A stretch of DNA of 64,000 bases from assembly GCA_902577765.1 (NCBI GenBank), contig CACHAK010000001.1:117151-181150 (forward strand), in the 5' to 3' direction. The position numbers and the translations under genes were made by a program. Below the pieces are notes generated by a model. The model was not told the origin of the DNA, ran no database searches, and saw only the letters and a list, made by a program, of their open reading frames with translations. Below, piece after piece: positions 9,798 to 20,642 of the stretch; positions within the stretch are counted from its first letter, which is position 1; each line of letters begins with the position of its first letter. This stretch comes from an uncultured Pelagibacteraceae bacterium (lineage in GTDB: Bacteria > Pseudomonadota > Alphaproteobacteria > Pelagibacterales > AG-422-B15).

Positions 9798-11102
9798 ATG
9801 GTAAGAGAGAATATCAAAGAATATACAGTTACTGAAATTTCAGCCTCAATTAAAGAGACCCTTGAGGATAACTTTGGCTATGTGAAAGTTCGTGGAGAAG
9901 TATCTGGTTTAAGCAAGCCAGCATCGGGCCATGTATATCTTAACCTTAAAGATGAAAATGCAATTATAAAAGCGATTGCATGGAGAAGCACTGTTGCAAA
10001 ACTAAGCTTTATGCCAGATGAAGGCCTTGAAGTAATTTGCTCTGGAAGACTTACAACTGGGTATTCAGATAGATACCCAGGAAGATCCGACTATTCCATT
10101 ATTATAGACTCAATTGTACCAGCGGGAGAGGGTGCACTAATGGCATTGCTTGAGCAAAGAAAGAAAAAATTAATGTCAGAAGGTATTTTTGATCAAGACC
10201 ACAAAAAGCCTCTTCCATTATATCCTAAAACAATCGGTATAATTACTTCACCTACAGGAGCGGTTATAAAAGATATTATTCATAGACTTGAAGATAGATT
10301 TCCGTGCGATGTTATACTTTGGCCAGTTCCTGTACAAGGAGATGATGCTGCGCATTTAATCGCAGATGCTTTAAATGGATTTAACCATTCTCTTAAAGGT
10401 AGCGAATTTAAAGTTCCAGACTTAATTATTGTAGCCCGAGGTGGAGGGAGCATAGAAGATCTCTGGGCATTTAATGAGGAAATTGTTGTAAGAGCTGTAT
10501 TCGCTAGTGAAATACCTGTTTTGTCAGCTGTTGGACATGAAACAGATACGACACTTATTGATTTTGTATCCGATCTCAGAGCGCCAACTCCAACAGCAGC
10601 AGCAGAGTTGTGTACACCTAATAGAGATGAGCTTTTAATCAATTTAAAAGACTTTCAAAAAGACCTTCGTGACTCAATTAACAGTAATTTAGAAAATAAA
10701 TTAAGTTCATTTAAAAATCTAAGTGATAAGCTACCAGTCTCTTTGAAATTATTTATAAAAAGTCTGTTATCAGAATTTAAAGAAATTACTCAGTCACTTA
10801 ACTATCGTATTTTAGAGGAACAAGTAAATAATTTTCAACAAAAACTGATTTCAAAATTTGATAAATTAAATAGTTCTACAAACTTATTTGTAGAAAATAT
10901 ACGCAATCAAATTAATTATAATGAAAAGTTATTAGAAAGTATGAGCTATAAGTCAGTTTTAAATCGAGGGTACTCTGTTACAAAAAACTTAAACAATAGG
11001 GTTATAAAGTCAAAAAACGATCTAGAACACGATACAGATATAATTATTGAAACAAGCTTTGCAAAAATTTCTGCTAAAGTGAAGGAAATTAAAGGTGAAT
11101 AA
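9798..11102 (+). CDS. xseA: Exodeoxyribonuclease VII large subunit
   Basis: OB-fold N-terminus (VRGEVSG..SGHVYLNLKD), GIITSPTGA, ARGGGSIEDLW, and a coiled-coil C-terminal half. Confidence 0.9.
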   Translation: MVRENIKEYTVTEISASIKETLEDNFGYVKVRGEVSGLSKPASGHVYLNLKDENAIIKAIAWRSTVAKLSFMPDEGLEVICSGRLTTGYSDRYPGRSDYSIIIDSIVPAGEGALMALLEQRKKKLMSEGIFDQDHKKPLPLYPKTIGIITSPTGAVIKDIIHRLEDRFPCDVILWPVPVQGDDAAHLIADALNGFNHSLKGSEFKVPDLIIVARGGGSIEDLWAFNEEIVVRAVFASEIPVLSAVGHETDTTLIDFVSDLRAPTPTAAAELCTPNRDELLINLKDFQKDLRDSINSNLENKLSSFKNLSDKLPVSLKLFIKSLLSEFKEITQSLNYRILEEQVNNFQQKLISKFDKLNSSTNLFVENIRNQINYNEKLLESMSYKSVLNRGYSVTKNLNNRVIKSKNDLEHDTDIIIETSFAKISAKVKEIKGE

Positions 11103-11304
11103 TTTTGGGACAAAAGCTGAAATTGTTCTTAATCATGGTCATTTCCAAGTTAAGACACCCGGTGATTTTGTGGAATGTTCAATAACCAGAGAAAAAATTA
11201 CACTCGAAAATCTTAAATATTGGAACGTAGAACTTCAAGAAGTATATGCATCACCTGAAGTGGCACTAAACAGATATAAAGAGCTTAATGGTCTTAATAA
11301 ATAG
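11095..11304 (+). CDS. DUF2093-like small protein
   Basis: 69 aa with a GTG start. The pattern FxVxxPGDFVxCxxTxExIxLxxLxYWNVExQEVYASPE matches my recollection of alphaproteobacterial DUF2093. It overlaps both neighbours. Confidence 0.6.
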   Translation: MNNFGTKAEIVLNHGHFQVKTPGDFVECSITREKITLENLKYWNVELQEVYASPEVALNRYKELNGLNK

Positions 11305-12091
11305 GGTTTTTCTTCTTTTATTTTATTTAAACGTATGCGCGTTTTCATCTGAACTTTCTAAAAGTTTTCCACAAGGAAGTCTTGTTGTAGGTCAAAACAA
11401 TGAAGCAAATGAAATCTTTGTTGATGGAGAGCCGATTAAAATAAGTCATGATGGATACTATGTTTTCCCAATATCTCGAGAGCAGATAGAACCAATAAAT
11501 GTTACATACAGCAACAGTGATGGTATTTTCTTAATCCACCAAATCTCTATCGAAGAACAAGATTATGATATTCAAAGAATTGATGGCCTACCTGAACAGA
11601 TGGTTACACCTCTTGATGATGAAATCATAAAGCGAATTATTGCTGAAAATGAAGTAATAAAAGAAGTGAAGAAATTAGAAATGGATTTGACTTATTTTAA
11701 GGAAGAATTTATTCAACCAACAAATGGAATTATCAGTGGAGTTTTTGGCAGCCAAAGAATTCTTAATGGTAAAGCAAAAAGCCCTCATAGAGGTATTGAT
11801 ATTGCTGCTGATGAAGGAACACCTGTATTGTCTTGTAATGAAGGAATAGTCATTCATGCTGAAAGTGATTTATATTATACCGGAGGCACAATAATCATTG
11901 ATCATGGTCATGGAGTAAAATCTATTTATGCCCACTTGTCTTCTGTAAATGTTGTAGTGAATCAGAAAGTTAGTAAAAAAGATATAATAGGCAAAGTAGG
12001 ATCAACAGGCAGGTCAACTGGACCACATCTACATTGGGGTGTGATGGTTTTTAATACTTATGTTGATCCACTTTTGTTATTAGAAAATTAA
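11288..12091 (+). CDS. M23 family (LytM-type) metallopeptidase with signal peptide
   Basis: Signal peptide, then HRGIDIAA, and the IDHGHG...HLHW zinc and active-site motifs. Confidence 0.85.
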   Translation: MVLINRVFLLLFYLNVCAFSSELSKSFPQGSLVVGQNNEANEIFVDGEPIKISHDGYYVFPISREQIEPINVTYSNSDGIFLIHQISIEEQDYDIQRIDGLPEQMVTPLDDEIIKRIIAENEVIKEVKKLEMDLTYFKEEFIQPTNGIISGVFGSQRILNGKAKSPHRGIDIAADEGTPVLSCNEGIVIHAESDLYYTGGTIIIDHGHGVKSIYAHLSSVNVVVNQKVSKKDIIGKVGSTGRSTGPHLHWGVMVFNTYVDPLLLLEN

Positions 12092-12097
12092 ATAAAA

Positions 12098-12976
12098 TCA
12101 GTCTAGTTTCCACCTATTATGAAACCAAAAATATTGTTCCGGGTATTTCTTAATCATGCTTTCATAATAAGCAATAATTATCTCCGATATTTTCTCTATG
12201 TTATCTGAAGTATCTTTATAATCGCTGGCATGAATTGATTGATGAATTTCAAATTCAAATTTTCCATCATTTTTTCTTATAGGCCATCCTAAAAATATTT
12301 TACACCCAGATTTTAGGGCAAGTTGTGCGGGTAAAGTTGAAAACTTCATTTTCTTTCCAAAGAAATTAAGTGTAATACCTGACGATAACTGAAGATCAGC
12401 TAATAGAGCAATTGACTCACCATTTTTAAAATTATTAAGTAATTGTTTTGTACCTATTCTATTTTTACTCAAACATCTAAGACTATATTTGTCTCTAAGA
12501 TTCTTTAAAACAAAATTAATTAGAGGGTTGTTAGGTTCTCTAACAATCGCAGATGTTCGATGCATCGTTTTTCTTATGGACATTCCTGGTATTTCCCAAT
12601 TTGAATTATGAGCAGATATGATGATTGATCTTTCGCTACCCGAGAAGGCTTCTCTGTAAAGATCATTTTCAATTATATTAATTTTATCTTTTAATATTTT
12701 TTTGAGATGTGAATATTCAGCTATTGTATGTCCTAAATTTTCCCATACTTTTTTTGCTTTAGTATTAATCCATTTTTCATCTTGATCCTTAAAAGCAATT
12801 CTTAAATTTTTTTTAACTAATTTATTAATTGAAAATAAGGGGCCTAAGCTTGTTGTTATGCTTACCCCTAGTTTTCTAGCAATAGAAAGAGGTAGTAATT
12901 TGAATAAAAGATAGAGAAAAACAAATAGAATAAATTCGGAAGGATATCGAATATATCTTTTTAGAAAAATCTTCAT
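12098..12976 (-). CDS. Lipid A biosynthesis late acyltransferase (LpxL/HtrB family)
   Basis: N-terminal TM segment, HNSNWE (the HX4E-type acyltransferase motif), EQYFWFHNRWK near the C-terminus, and position after lpxK. Confidence 0.75.
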   Translation of the reverse strand: MKIFLKRYIRYPSEFILFVFLYLLFKLLPLSIARKLGVSITTSLGPLFSINKLVKKNLRIAFKDQDEKWINTKAKKVWENLGHTIAEYSHLKKILKDKINIIENDLYREAFSGSERSIIISAHNSNWEIPGMSIRKTMHRTSAIVREPNNPLINFVLKNLRDKYSLRCLSKNRIGTKQLLNNFKNGESIALLADLQLSSGITLNFFGKKMKFSTLPAQLALKSGCKIFLGWPIRKNDGKFEFEIHQSIHASDYKDTSDNIEKISEIIIAYYESMIKKYPEQYFWFHNRWKLD

Positions 12977-12981
12977 AAGAG

Positions 12982-13959
12982 TTAGTTAACCAGTTTATGC
13001 ATAAATTTGTCCATGTTGTGTAATTTTATCTTCACTTTTAAACATTCAATTCCATTCCTTTTTTCTTTTGGAATTCTAACAAAATCTTTTTCAGTCGTAA
13101 TAAGTGAAAGATTATTATCTGACGCTATTTTTTTAAGTTTGTTAAGATCATTTTCTGAAAAAAAATGATGATCTGGAAATTCAACTGTTTTAAGTACAGT
13201 GCAATTATTATCGATAAGAGTATCAAAGAAGCTCTGATTGTTTCCAATACCGCTAAAAGCTAAGTATTTTTTATTTTTGTCGACATATAATGGTTTTATC
13301 GAAGCAGTAAGGGTATCAATATTCATATTTTTACACATACTTTTAATTTTAGTTTTATCATCACCAACAATAATTAAAAATTGGGCTTTTTTTAATGCAG
13401 GCTTAATTAGTTCTCTTAATGGTCCAGCTGGTAAACACAATCCGTTTCCAAAACCACGTTCCCCATTTACCATCAAAATGTTCTTATCTTTAAAAAGAGA
13501 TTTATCTTGGAAACCATCATCAAGCAAAATAAAATCAGGATTAACATCATCTAGAATTTTTTTCACAGCTAACCTCCGGTTCGTTGAAATATAAGTAGGT
13601 ACATGATTTGAATAAAGAATTGCCTCATCACCCACTAGGACTGCTGATTCATCTGGTGATACTTTTTTAAAAATAGTTTTTTTTCCACCATATCCTTTTA
13701 ACAATACACAAATATTTTTGTTATTTATTTTGAAATGATTAATAATTTCTAAAAGAGTCGAGGTCTTTCCTGTGCCGCCTAAGTTTATATTGCCTATACA
13801 TATGATTGGAATATCAATTTTGTGTTCAGTTTTGAATATTCTGATTAAATAAAAAATTAATAAATATAGTAAAGATACTGGAATAAGTACGTACGAGACC
13901 AATCTATAAAAAAATTGATTGGAATACCATATATTCAATATTATTTTTTCCATGCGCAA
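12982..13959 (-). CDS. lpxK: Tetraacyldisaccharide 4'-kinase
   Basis: P-loop GNINLGGTGKT, DDGFQD, and position between waaA and lpxL. Confidence 0.85.
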   Translation of the reverse strand: MRMEKIILNIWYSNQFFYRLVSYVLIPVSLLYLLIFYLIRIFKTEHKIDIPIICIGNINLGGTGKTSTLLEIINHFKINNKNICVLLKGYGGKKTIFKKVSPDESAVLVGDEAILYSNHVPTYISTNRRLAVKKILDDVNPDFILLDDGFQDKSLFKDKNILMVNGERGFGNGLCLPAGPLRELIKPALKKAQFLIIVGDDKTKIKSMCKNMNIDTLTASIKPLYVDKNKKYLAFSGIGNNQSFFDTLIDNNCTVLKTVEFPDHHFFSENDLNKLKKIASDNNLSLITTEKDFVRIPKEKRNGIECLKVKIKLHNMDKFMHKLVN

Positions 13960-15207
13960 CTATAAATATTGGTAAATAACGTCCAGTACTTTACCTACTG
14001 TATAATTACCCTCTTTTTTTAGTCTATTTATATTAATATCCTTATTTATAGACTTTGGGTTAGCTAATGCTTCTTTAACGTAATGCTCTAGCTGTCGTTC
14101 ATTTTCTACTTGTTGAGTAAATTTTAATTGATTAAGAACGTCGTAAACATCAATGAAATTCTGGATATTTTTGCCATGATATATTTTTTTACCTAAATAA
14201 GCAGCTTCGATGGGATTTTGTCCACCATGTGGCACTAAACTGCCACCAATAAAAACGATATTTGCTAAACTATAAAATATGTTCAATTCTCCTATTGTAT
14301 CAGCAAGATATAAATATGTTCGATCATTGATCTTTTCTTTCTTTGATCTGATAGATAAGCCAAGTCCTTTAGATGATGAAAAAAATGATTTTCTAGTTAC
14401 GTGTCTGGGTACAATAATTGTTAGAAGGTCTTTTACGGTTTTTTTTAAATTAAGTGTAATGTTTTTAATTATTTCTTCTTCTCCAGGATGTGTACTGGCT
14501 GCAAGAAATATTTTACGTTTCTTTGTAAGGGATCTCAGTTTTTTTAGTTCATCTGAAATAATTTCATCAGGTTTATAAGCAAATTTAAGATTTCCTGTGT
14601 TAATAGTATTTTTAATACCTAACTTCTCATAAAAAAAAGCACTATCACTGTTTTGAGTACAGCATGCAGTAATATTAGAAAATAGATTTTTTGATGATCT
14701 ACTTAGCATTGACCATCTTTTAAAACTTTTAATTGTCATTCTTCCATTTACAATTAGAGAACATACATTTCTTTTTTTAAGCTCAGTTAGAAAGTTAGGC
14801 CAAATTTCAGACTCGACAAATACAGCCAAAGAGGGGTTCCAGTGATTTAGAAACTTATGTATATAAGATGGAACATCAAATGGAATAAATTGATGAATAA
14901 TTTTTTTTGATAACTTATCTTTGAGGATGTTTGCAGAAGTAAGTGTCCCAGTAGTAAGAATTATTTGATCAATGGATTTATCAGAGTTTAATTTTTTTAG
15001 TAAAGGTAATATTGATAAACTTTCCCCAATACTAGCGGCATGAATCCAAATGACTTTGCCGTCTTTTCTCTTAATATCACTTGCTCCATATCTTTCTTTT
15101 ACCCTTAATCTATCTTCTTTACCTTTTAAAATTCTAATAAGAATATAAAAAACAATAAATGGTCTTATGAGTGTCGTAATTAACCTATAACTATAATAAG
15201 GTAGCAT
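13960..15207 (-). CDS. waaA: 3-deoxy-D-manno-octulosonic acid (Kdo) transferase
   Basis: WIHAASIGES motif, GGSLVPHGGQNPIEAA, 415 aa, LPS gene context. Confidence 0.9.
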   Translation of the reverse strand: MLPYYSYRLITTLIRPFIVFYILIRILKGKEDRLRVKERYGASDIKRKDGKVIWIHAASIGESLSILPLLKKLNSDKSIDQIILTTGTLTSANILKDKLSKKIIHQFIPFDVPSYIHKFLNHWNPSLAVFVESEIWPNFLTELKKRNVCSLIVNGRMTIKSFKRWSMLSRSSKNLFSNITACCTQNSDSAFFYEKLGIKNTINTGNLKFAYKPDEIISDELKKLRSLTKKRKIFLAASTHPGEEEIIKNITLNLKKTVKDLLTIIVPRHVTRKSFFSSSKGLGLSIRSKKEKINDRTYLYLADTIGELNIFYSLANIVFIGGSLVPHGGQNPIEAAYLGKKIYHGKNIQNFIDVYDVLNQLKFTQQVENERQLEHYVKEALANPKSINKDININRLKKEGNYTVGKVLDVIYQYL

Positions 15208-15209
15208 TA

Positions 15210-15887
15210 TTAATTATTTTTATTTGCTCTTTTAGTTAAATTTTCCATTTTACTTTCTAGTTTATTCTTAGTCTGATTAATACTTTTTTCATTTTTTATG
15301 GCTGGAATTGCCTCACCCCAGATTATCGTGATTTGATTAAATGGTTTTGGTATAATAAATTTATCCCAAGTATTCAGTACCCATTTTTTTTTAAAACCTA
15401 TTCCTACAGGAAGTATCGATGAATTACTTAGACGGGAGATACTCAGGATGCCGTCACTGACCTTGTGGCGTGGTCCTTTAGGACCGTCAGGCGAGATACC
15501 AATTGAAATACCGTTTTTAAGAGATTTTATCATTTGGCGTGCTGATGTTAGCCCACCTTTATTCTTAGTTTTGCCAGATTTATGGGTAGACCCTCTAATA
15601 GCCTTAAATCCAAGTTTTGATATTAATCTAGCGATTATATCGCCGTCTCTGTGTTTAGAGATTAATACTTTTATTTCAAATTCACTTTGCCATGTAAGAG
15701 GACAAATTAATAGTTGATCATGCCAAAATGCATAAATGAATGATTCATTTTTTTTAAATAACCTATCAATATTTTTTCTATTCTTTAAGTTAATTGTAGA
15801 TGTCTTGTAAACAAATAATACATAAAGTGATCCAAGCAAGGATATTAATAATTGGGTTAATTTAAATCCTGCAATGTATTTTACCAT
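15210..15887 (-). CDS. DUF374 lysophospholipid-acyltransferase-like protein
   Basis: FWHDQLL, SKHRDGD, SPDGPKGP. The position between msbA and waaA is typical in alphaproteobacteria. Confidence 0.75.
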   Translation of the reverse strand: MVKYIAGFKLTQLLISLLGSLYVLFVYKTSTINLKNRKNIDRLFKKNESFIYAFWHDQLLICPLTWQSEFEIKVLISKHRDGDIIARLISKLGFKAIRGSTHKSGKTKNKGGLTSARQMIKSLKNGISIGISPDGPKGPRHKVSDGILSISRLSNSSILPVGIGFKKKWVLNTWDKFIIPKPFNQITIIWGEAIPAIKNEKSINQTKNKLESKMENLTKRANKNN

Positions 15888-15893
15888 CAGCTT

Positions 15894-17624
15894 TTAAAAT
15901 TCACGCTCATATAATTTTTTATAAACGCCATCTTTATTTAATAATTCCTCATGAGTACCAGTTTCTACAACCAAACCTGAGTCCAAAACAATTATTTGAT
16001 CTGAATTTATAATCGTACTGAGTCTATGAGCGATTACGAGAGTAGTTCTATCCTTCATGAGAATACTTATCGCTTTTTGTACAAGATGTTCAGACTCTGT
16101 ATCAAGACTTGAAGTAGCCTCATCAAGTAAAAGTATTGGTGCATCTTTGAGAAAGGCTCTTGCAATTGAAATCCTCTGTTTTTGCCCACCTGATAAACTA
16201 TAACCTTTTTCACCTACTACAGTTTTATATTTATCTGGTAGCTCATTAATAAAATCGTCCGCCGCAGCTGCTCTTGCAGCTTTGATGACCTCATCACCAG
16301 AAGAGTCTGGTTTTCCATATAAAATATTATCGTGAATAGACATATCAAATAAAATCGGCTCTTGACTTACTAATGCGATAGAAGATCTTACAGATGCTAT
16401 TGATAATTCTTTTATATCTTGGTTATCAATTTTAACACTTCCTGTATCAGGGTCATAAAATCTTGGTATAAGATTTAAAATTGATGATTTGCCTGATCCG
16501 CTTGGGCCAACTAAAGCAGTTGTTTTACCGTGTGGGACCTTTAAGCTAATTTCTTTCAAAGCTGAGTTTTTTTGCCCTTCATAAGATAAAGTTACATTTT
16601 CAAAAGATATATCTGATTTACTGAGAGATAGACCAGTTGCGTTGGGCTTCTCATTAATATAGCTTTTTTGGTCAAGTAATCCGAACACTCTAATTGCTGC
16701 AGCAAATCCCTCTTGTAAAGTTGCATTTATTTGAGCTAAGCGTCTTAGCGGTTGAAAAGCGAGCATCATTGCTCCCAAAAATGATACAAATTCATTTAAA
16801 GCCAATTCACCTTGCAGACCTCTTAAACCTGCATAGTAGAGAGCGCCAGCGATTCCGAAACCTGCCAGAAATTCTGCAAATGGGGATGCAGCCCCTCTCG
16901 CATTAATGCCTTTCAAAATTTTTTGCATTCTTCGAAATACGGATTTACTAAGCTTATCTATTTCCTGCGTTTCCTGTTGATAGGCTTTTACAATTCTTGT
17001 TCCATCTAGATTTTCAGACAATATAGAAGCAAGTACTCCAGTTTCCTCTTGTGTTTCTGTTGAAGCTTTTTTTATTCTTTTTCCTAAACTTCTAGTGAGT
17101 ATCCCAACTAACGGAAAAGCAATTATTGCGATTGTTGCTAGCTGCCAATCTTGATAATACATTACACCAACCAGGCAAATCAATGTGAGTATATCTTTTA
17201 CTCCATTTGCTAAACTACTACTCACAGAGTCTTGTAACAATGTAACATCGTATAAGAAATTCGATATTATTTTAGCTGAATGAATTTTATGCAACCATGC
17301 AAGATCTGCATTTATAATTTTCTTAAAAAGTTTTATTTGTGTATCAGCAATAATATTTTGAGCGACTCCGTTCAATAATATTATTTGTATGTAAGTTGCT
17401 ATACTCTTAATAAATAGAGTTAATATTATTGCAATCGGAATTAATAAGAGCATTGACTCATCTTTATCCAGAAAAATTTTATCAATTGCAGGATCCAAAA
17501 GCCAAGCTGTCGCTCCAGTTGCAAGTGCGATGATAACCATAAAAAATAGAGAACTAAACAGTCTAACTGTATAGGGCTTAATACTATCCTTAAACAGCCT
17601 GATTAGTATTTGCGATCCTGTCAT
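15894..17624 (-). CDS. msbA: ABC transporter permease/ATPase, lipid A exporter type
   Basis: Six-TM N-terminal half. Walker A GPSGSGKSS, signature LSGGQKQRISIARA, Walker B ILLLDEATS. LPS cluster context. Confidence 0.85.
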   Translation of the reverse strand: MTGSQILIRLFKDSIKPYTVRLFSSLFFMVIIALATGATAWLLDPAIDKIFLDKDESMLLLIPIAIILTLFIKSIATYIQIILLNGVAQNIIADTQIKLFKKIINADLAWLHKIHSAKIISNFLYDVTLLQDSVSSSLANGVKDILTLICLVGVMYYQDWQLATIAIIAFPLVGILTRSLGKRIKKASTETQEETGVLASILSENLDGTRIVKAYQQETQEIDKLSKSVFRRMQKILKGINARGAASPFAEFLAGFGIAGALYYAGLRGLQGELALNEFVSFLGAMMLAFQPLRRLAQINATLQEGFAAAIRVFGLLDQKSYINEKPNATGLSLSKSDISFENVTLSYEGQKNSALKEISLKVPHGKTTALVGPSGSGKSSILNLIPRFYDPDTGSVKIDNQDIKELSIASVRSSIALVSQEPILFDMSIHDNILYGKPDSSGDEVIKAARAAAADDFINELPDKYKTVVGEKGYSLSGGQKQRISIARAFLKDAPILLLDEATSSLDTESEHLVQKAISILMKDRTTLVIAHRLSTIINSDQIIVLDSGLVVETGTHEELLNKDGVYKKLYEREF

Positions 17625-17692
17625 GAAGAGGTATTCATAATACTATTATCAAAAAAAATTTAAATCTAATTATTGATAAATGGCCAAAACTC

Positions 17693-19024
17693 TTATTTTC
17701 CAGCTAAAGTCATGCTCTCGATAAGTACTGTTGGGGCATTGGTACGGTATTTGAATTCTAGATCGTTTGCTGCTGATAAATTCATAAATATTTCTTTTAG
17801 ATTTGAAGCAATTGTTACTTCGCTTACTGCATGCTTAATTTCGCCTTTTTCAATAAGCATACCGCTCGCCCCCATGCTGTAATCGCCAGTAACCAAATTA
17901 ACTCCCATGCCAATTAATTCAGTCGCATAAAAACCATAACTTATAGAGGATAAAATATCATCGTAACTTTTTAAACCGTTTGTCATGTATAAATTAGAGG
18001 TTGATACGCCTGGGGGCGAACCAACTGATCTTGATGCGTTTCCAGTAGTTTTTAATCCCAATTTTTTTGCAGTTGATGTATTTAAGATCCAAGTATTGAG
18101 TTTGCCGTTTGTAACTAACTCTCTTTTTTTAACTTTAATACCCTCACCATCAAATGGTTTCGATCCAAGTCCTCTATTAATCGCTGGATCATCTATAATT
18201 GTTACGTCTTTATTAAATATTTGTTTTCCTAAGCTATCTTTTAGAAAACTTGTACCTCTAGCTATTGAAGTACCTGATATTGAACTCGCTAGATAGCCCA
18301 ATAAGTCATTACTTATTCGTTTATCAAAAACAACAGGCAATTTTGTTGAACTTATTTTTTTGGCATTAAGCCTTTTGAGAGTTTTTTTTGCAGCAGATAA
18401 TCCAATTTCCTTTGCACTTGGCAAATCACTTGAGTGTCTTTTTATAGCGTATTCATAATCTCTTTCCATGTCCTGACCCTGTCCAGCGAGAACTGAACAA
18501 GATACCGAACTGCTTGATGATTGATATCCACCTTTAAAGCCATTACTTGTAGCAAGATAGAACTCTCCCTTAGAAGTAGAAGCCCCAGCTCCCTCTGAAT
18601 TTGTAATACCTTTTACTGACAAAGCTGCATCTTCACATTCCTTGACAGCATCAATAAGCTTTTCAGTATTTACTTCATCTTTTTCAAATAAATCTAAATC
18701 AATTGCATCTTGTTCAAACATGGAACTGTCTCCAAGTACAGCAGTGTCATCAATTGGAGCCAATTTTGCCATTTCGACACATTTTGAAACAAGTTTATCA
18801 ATATTGTCAGACTCAATATCTGACGATGAAACAAATGCTTGGCGTTGATCAACTAATGCTCTAATACCTATTGTTTTTTCGTTAGACTCATCTAAATCTT
18901 CTATTTTTTGAAATCTACAACTTATTGACTTACCAGAGGACTTAGCAAGAACAACATCACAATCTGATGCACCTGCTTTGAGAGTTAAATCTATTATATT
19001 TTGAGCAGTTTCTTCAAAATTCAT
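17693..19024 (-). CDS. pmbA: TldD/PmbA family metalloprotease
   Basis: 443 aa with PmbA_TldD family similarity across the protein (…GASTSKGEF…, C-terminal …APTVLIESMTLAG). Confidence 0.85.
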   Translation of the reverse strand: MNFEETAQNIIDLTLKAGASDCDVVLAKSSGKSISCRFQKIEDLDESNEKTIGIRALVDQRQAFVSSSDIESDNIDKLVSKCVEMAKLAPIDDTAVLGDSSMFEQDAIDLDLFEKDEVNTEKLIDAVKECEDAALSVKGITNSEGAGASTSKGEFYLATSNGFKGGYQSSSSSVSCSVLAGQGQDMERDYEYAIKRHSSDLPSAKEIGLSAAKKTLKRLNAKKISSTKLPVVFDKRISNDLLGYLASSISGTSIARGTSFLKDSLGKQIFNKDVTIIDDPAINRGLGSKPFDGEGIKVKKRELVTNGKLNTWILNTSTAKKLGLKTTGNASRSVGSPPGVSTSNLYMTNGLKSYDDILSSISYGFYATELIGMGVNLVTGDYSMGASGMLIEKGEIKHAVSEVTIASNLKEIFMNLSAANDLEFKYRTNAPTVLIESMTLAGK

Positions 19025-19026
19025 TT

Positions 19027-19878
19027 TTATAAAATACCTATAAATAAAGTCAGAGCAACCATTAAACCTAAGTATTGGTTACTTTTAAAAATATTTAAAC
19101 ATTTGTCTTTATTATCTATATCTAGTCTTTTTGCCTGGTAAAACAAATGAGCACTAACGAATATCAATAAAATAAAATAGTAGATATTTTGATCATGCAA
19201 TACACCAAATAATATTAAGCATAATACCATCAAGCTATAGAAAATAATGATCCATTGTTTCGTATTATTGCCAAATAAAATTGCAGTCGATTTTATTCCA
19301 ATATTTAAGTCATCCTCACGATCCTGGTGAGCATATATTGTGTCATAGCCTAAAGTCCAAAAAATACCAGAGAGATATAATATTATAATTTGAAAATTTA
19401 ATTGATTTTCAATTGCAGCATATCCTATTAAACAGCCAATATTAAAGGTTATGCCTAAAAAAAGTTGAGGCCAATAAGTTATTCTTTTCATTAAAGGATA
19501 AAAAATAAATAGCACAAAAGAAATTAAACCAATAATAATGGCGAGCAAATTAAGAGATAGTAATATAGTCAGACCAATCAAATTAAGCAGTGAAAAAATT
19601 ATGAAGGCTTCAAAAGAAGAAATTGCACCACTAGCAAGTGGTCTTTGAGATGTTCTTGATACATGTTTGTCAAGATCTTTATCAAAAAAATCATTTATGA
19701 TACATCCAGCCGATCTCATAACAATCGATCCGATTGCAAAAATAAGAAATAAGTAAATATTGCTCCATAAGTGTTGGTAGGAATTTGAGGCAGCGAGCAC
19801 GCCCCAAAAACACGGCAACATGAGCAGAAAAAAACCAACGGGCTGCTCTAGACGCAATAATTGTGAATATTTTTTCAA
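19027..19878 (-). CDS. ubiA: 4-hydroxybenzoate polyprenyltransferase
   Basis: UbiA prenyltransferase motifs NDFFDKDLD and YAHQDREDD; polytopic membrane protein. Confidence 0.85.
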   Translation of the reverse strand: MKKYSQLLRLEQPVGFFLLMLPCFWGVLAASNSYQHLWSNIYLFLIFAIGSIVMRSAGCIINDFFDKDLDKHVSRTSQRPLASGAISSFEAFIIFSLLNLIGLTILLSLNLLAIIIGLISFVLFIFYPLMKRITYWPQLFLGITFNIGCLIGYAAIENQLNFQIIILYLSGIFWTLGYDTIYAHQDREDDLNIGIKSTAILFGNNTKQWIIIFYSLMVLCLILFGVLHDQNIYYFILLIFVSAHLFYQAKRLDIDNKDKCLNIFKSNQYLGLMVALTLFIGIL

Positions 19879-19919
19879 CTTATCTTTATAAAATAAATAA
19901 TGTTATAACCAATATATAT

Positions 19920-20642
19920 ATGAAAAAAATTAAAAACAGAATTTTTGTAGATAAAAAAATAAATTCGAACGATCAAATTATTCTTGATGCTAACCAGATT
20001 CACTATTTAAAGAGTGTTTTGAGAACAAAAAAAAGTGACTATGTTTCAGTCTTCAATCGTGAGCTTCTTTGTTTAACAAAAGTTATTCATATTACAAAAA
20101 ATACATGTGAATTAGAAATAATTGATAAAAAAAAAATCGAAAGTGAAGATCATAATATTACTCTATTTTTTTCTCCTATAAAACGTACACCCCTAGAAAT
20201 CATGATACAAAAGTGCTCAGAAATTGGAATTTCAATTTTTCAACCAGTAATTATGGAAAGAACTAATATGAAGAATATCAATTTTGAAAGACTGAGACTT
20301 ATTGCTGTTGAAGCGTGTGAGCAGTCTAATCGAAATAAGATACCAGAAATTAATAAACCTATATCATTTACCACTATGATTAATGATAACTCTTTAGCAA
20401 GTTATTTATATTGCTCGTTAGATAATAATGAAGAAAAAATAAAGAATAGCAAACTGACTAAGAATGAAGCAATTGGTATAATCATAGGACCTGAAGGAGA
20501 TTTTTCAAATAAAGAGTATGAAAGTTTAAAATTAAAGAAAAAATCTATTGGTGTTACACTTGGGCCAAATATTTTAAAATCAGAAACTGCTGCAATTAGC
20601 GCTAGTTCAATTATTATGGACAAAATTTATAATGCTTACTAA
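19920..20642 (+). CDS. rsmE: 16S rRNA (uracil1498-N3)-methyltransferase
   Basis: RsmE pattern (RIFVD..., HYLKSVLR, C-terminal GPEGDFS...LGPNILKSETA). ATG 19920 is preferred because the GTG at 19863 would overlap the ubiA start. Confidence 0.8.
   Translation: MKKIKNRIFVDKKINSNDQIILDANQIHYLKSVLRTKKSDYVSVFNRELLCLTKVIHITKNTCELEIIDKKKIESEDHNITLFFSPIKRTPLEIMIQKCSEIGISIFQPVIMERTNMKNINFERLRLIAVEACEQSNRNKIPEINKPISFTTMINDNSLASYLYCSLDNNEEKIKNSKLTKNEAIGIIIGPEGDFSNKEYESLKLKKKSIGVTLGPNILKSETAAISASSIIMDKIYNAY

Noticed and set aside
19863-19919. GTG start at 19863 for rsmE, and similarly ATG 36899 for glmU
   Set aside because: The extensions are non-conserved-looking (MNIFSTYLYKINN… and MAYWLFSKKNS…), and the rsmE one overlaps the divergent ubiA start. 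The conserved N-termini begin at 19920 and 36932.
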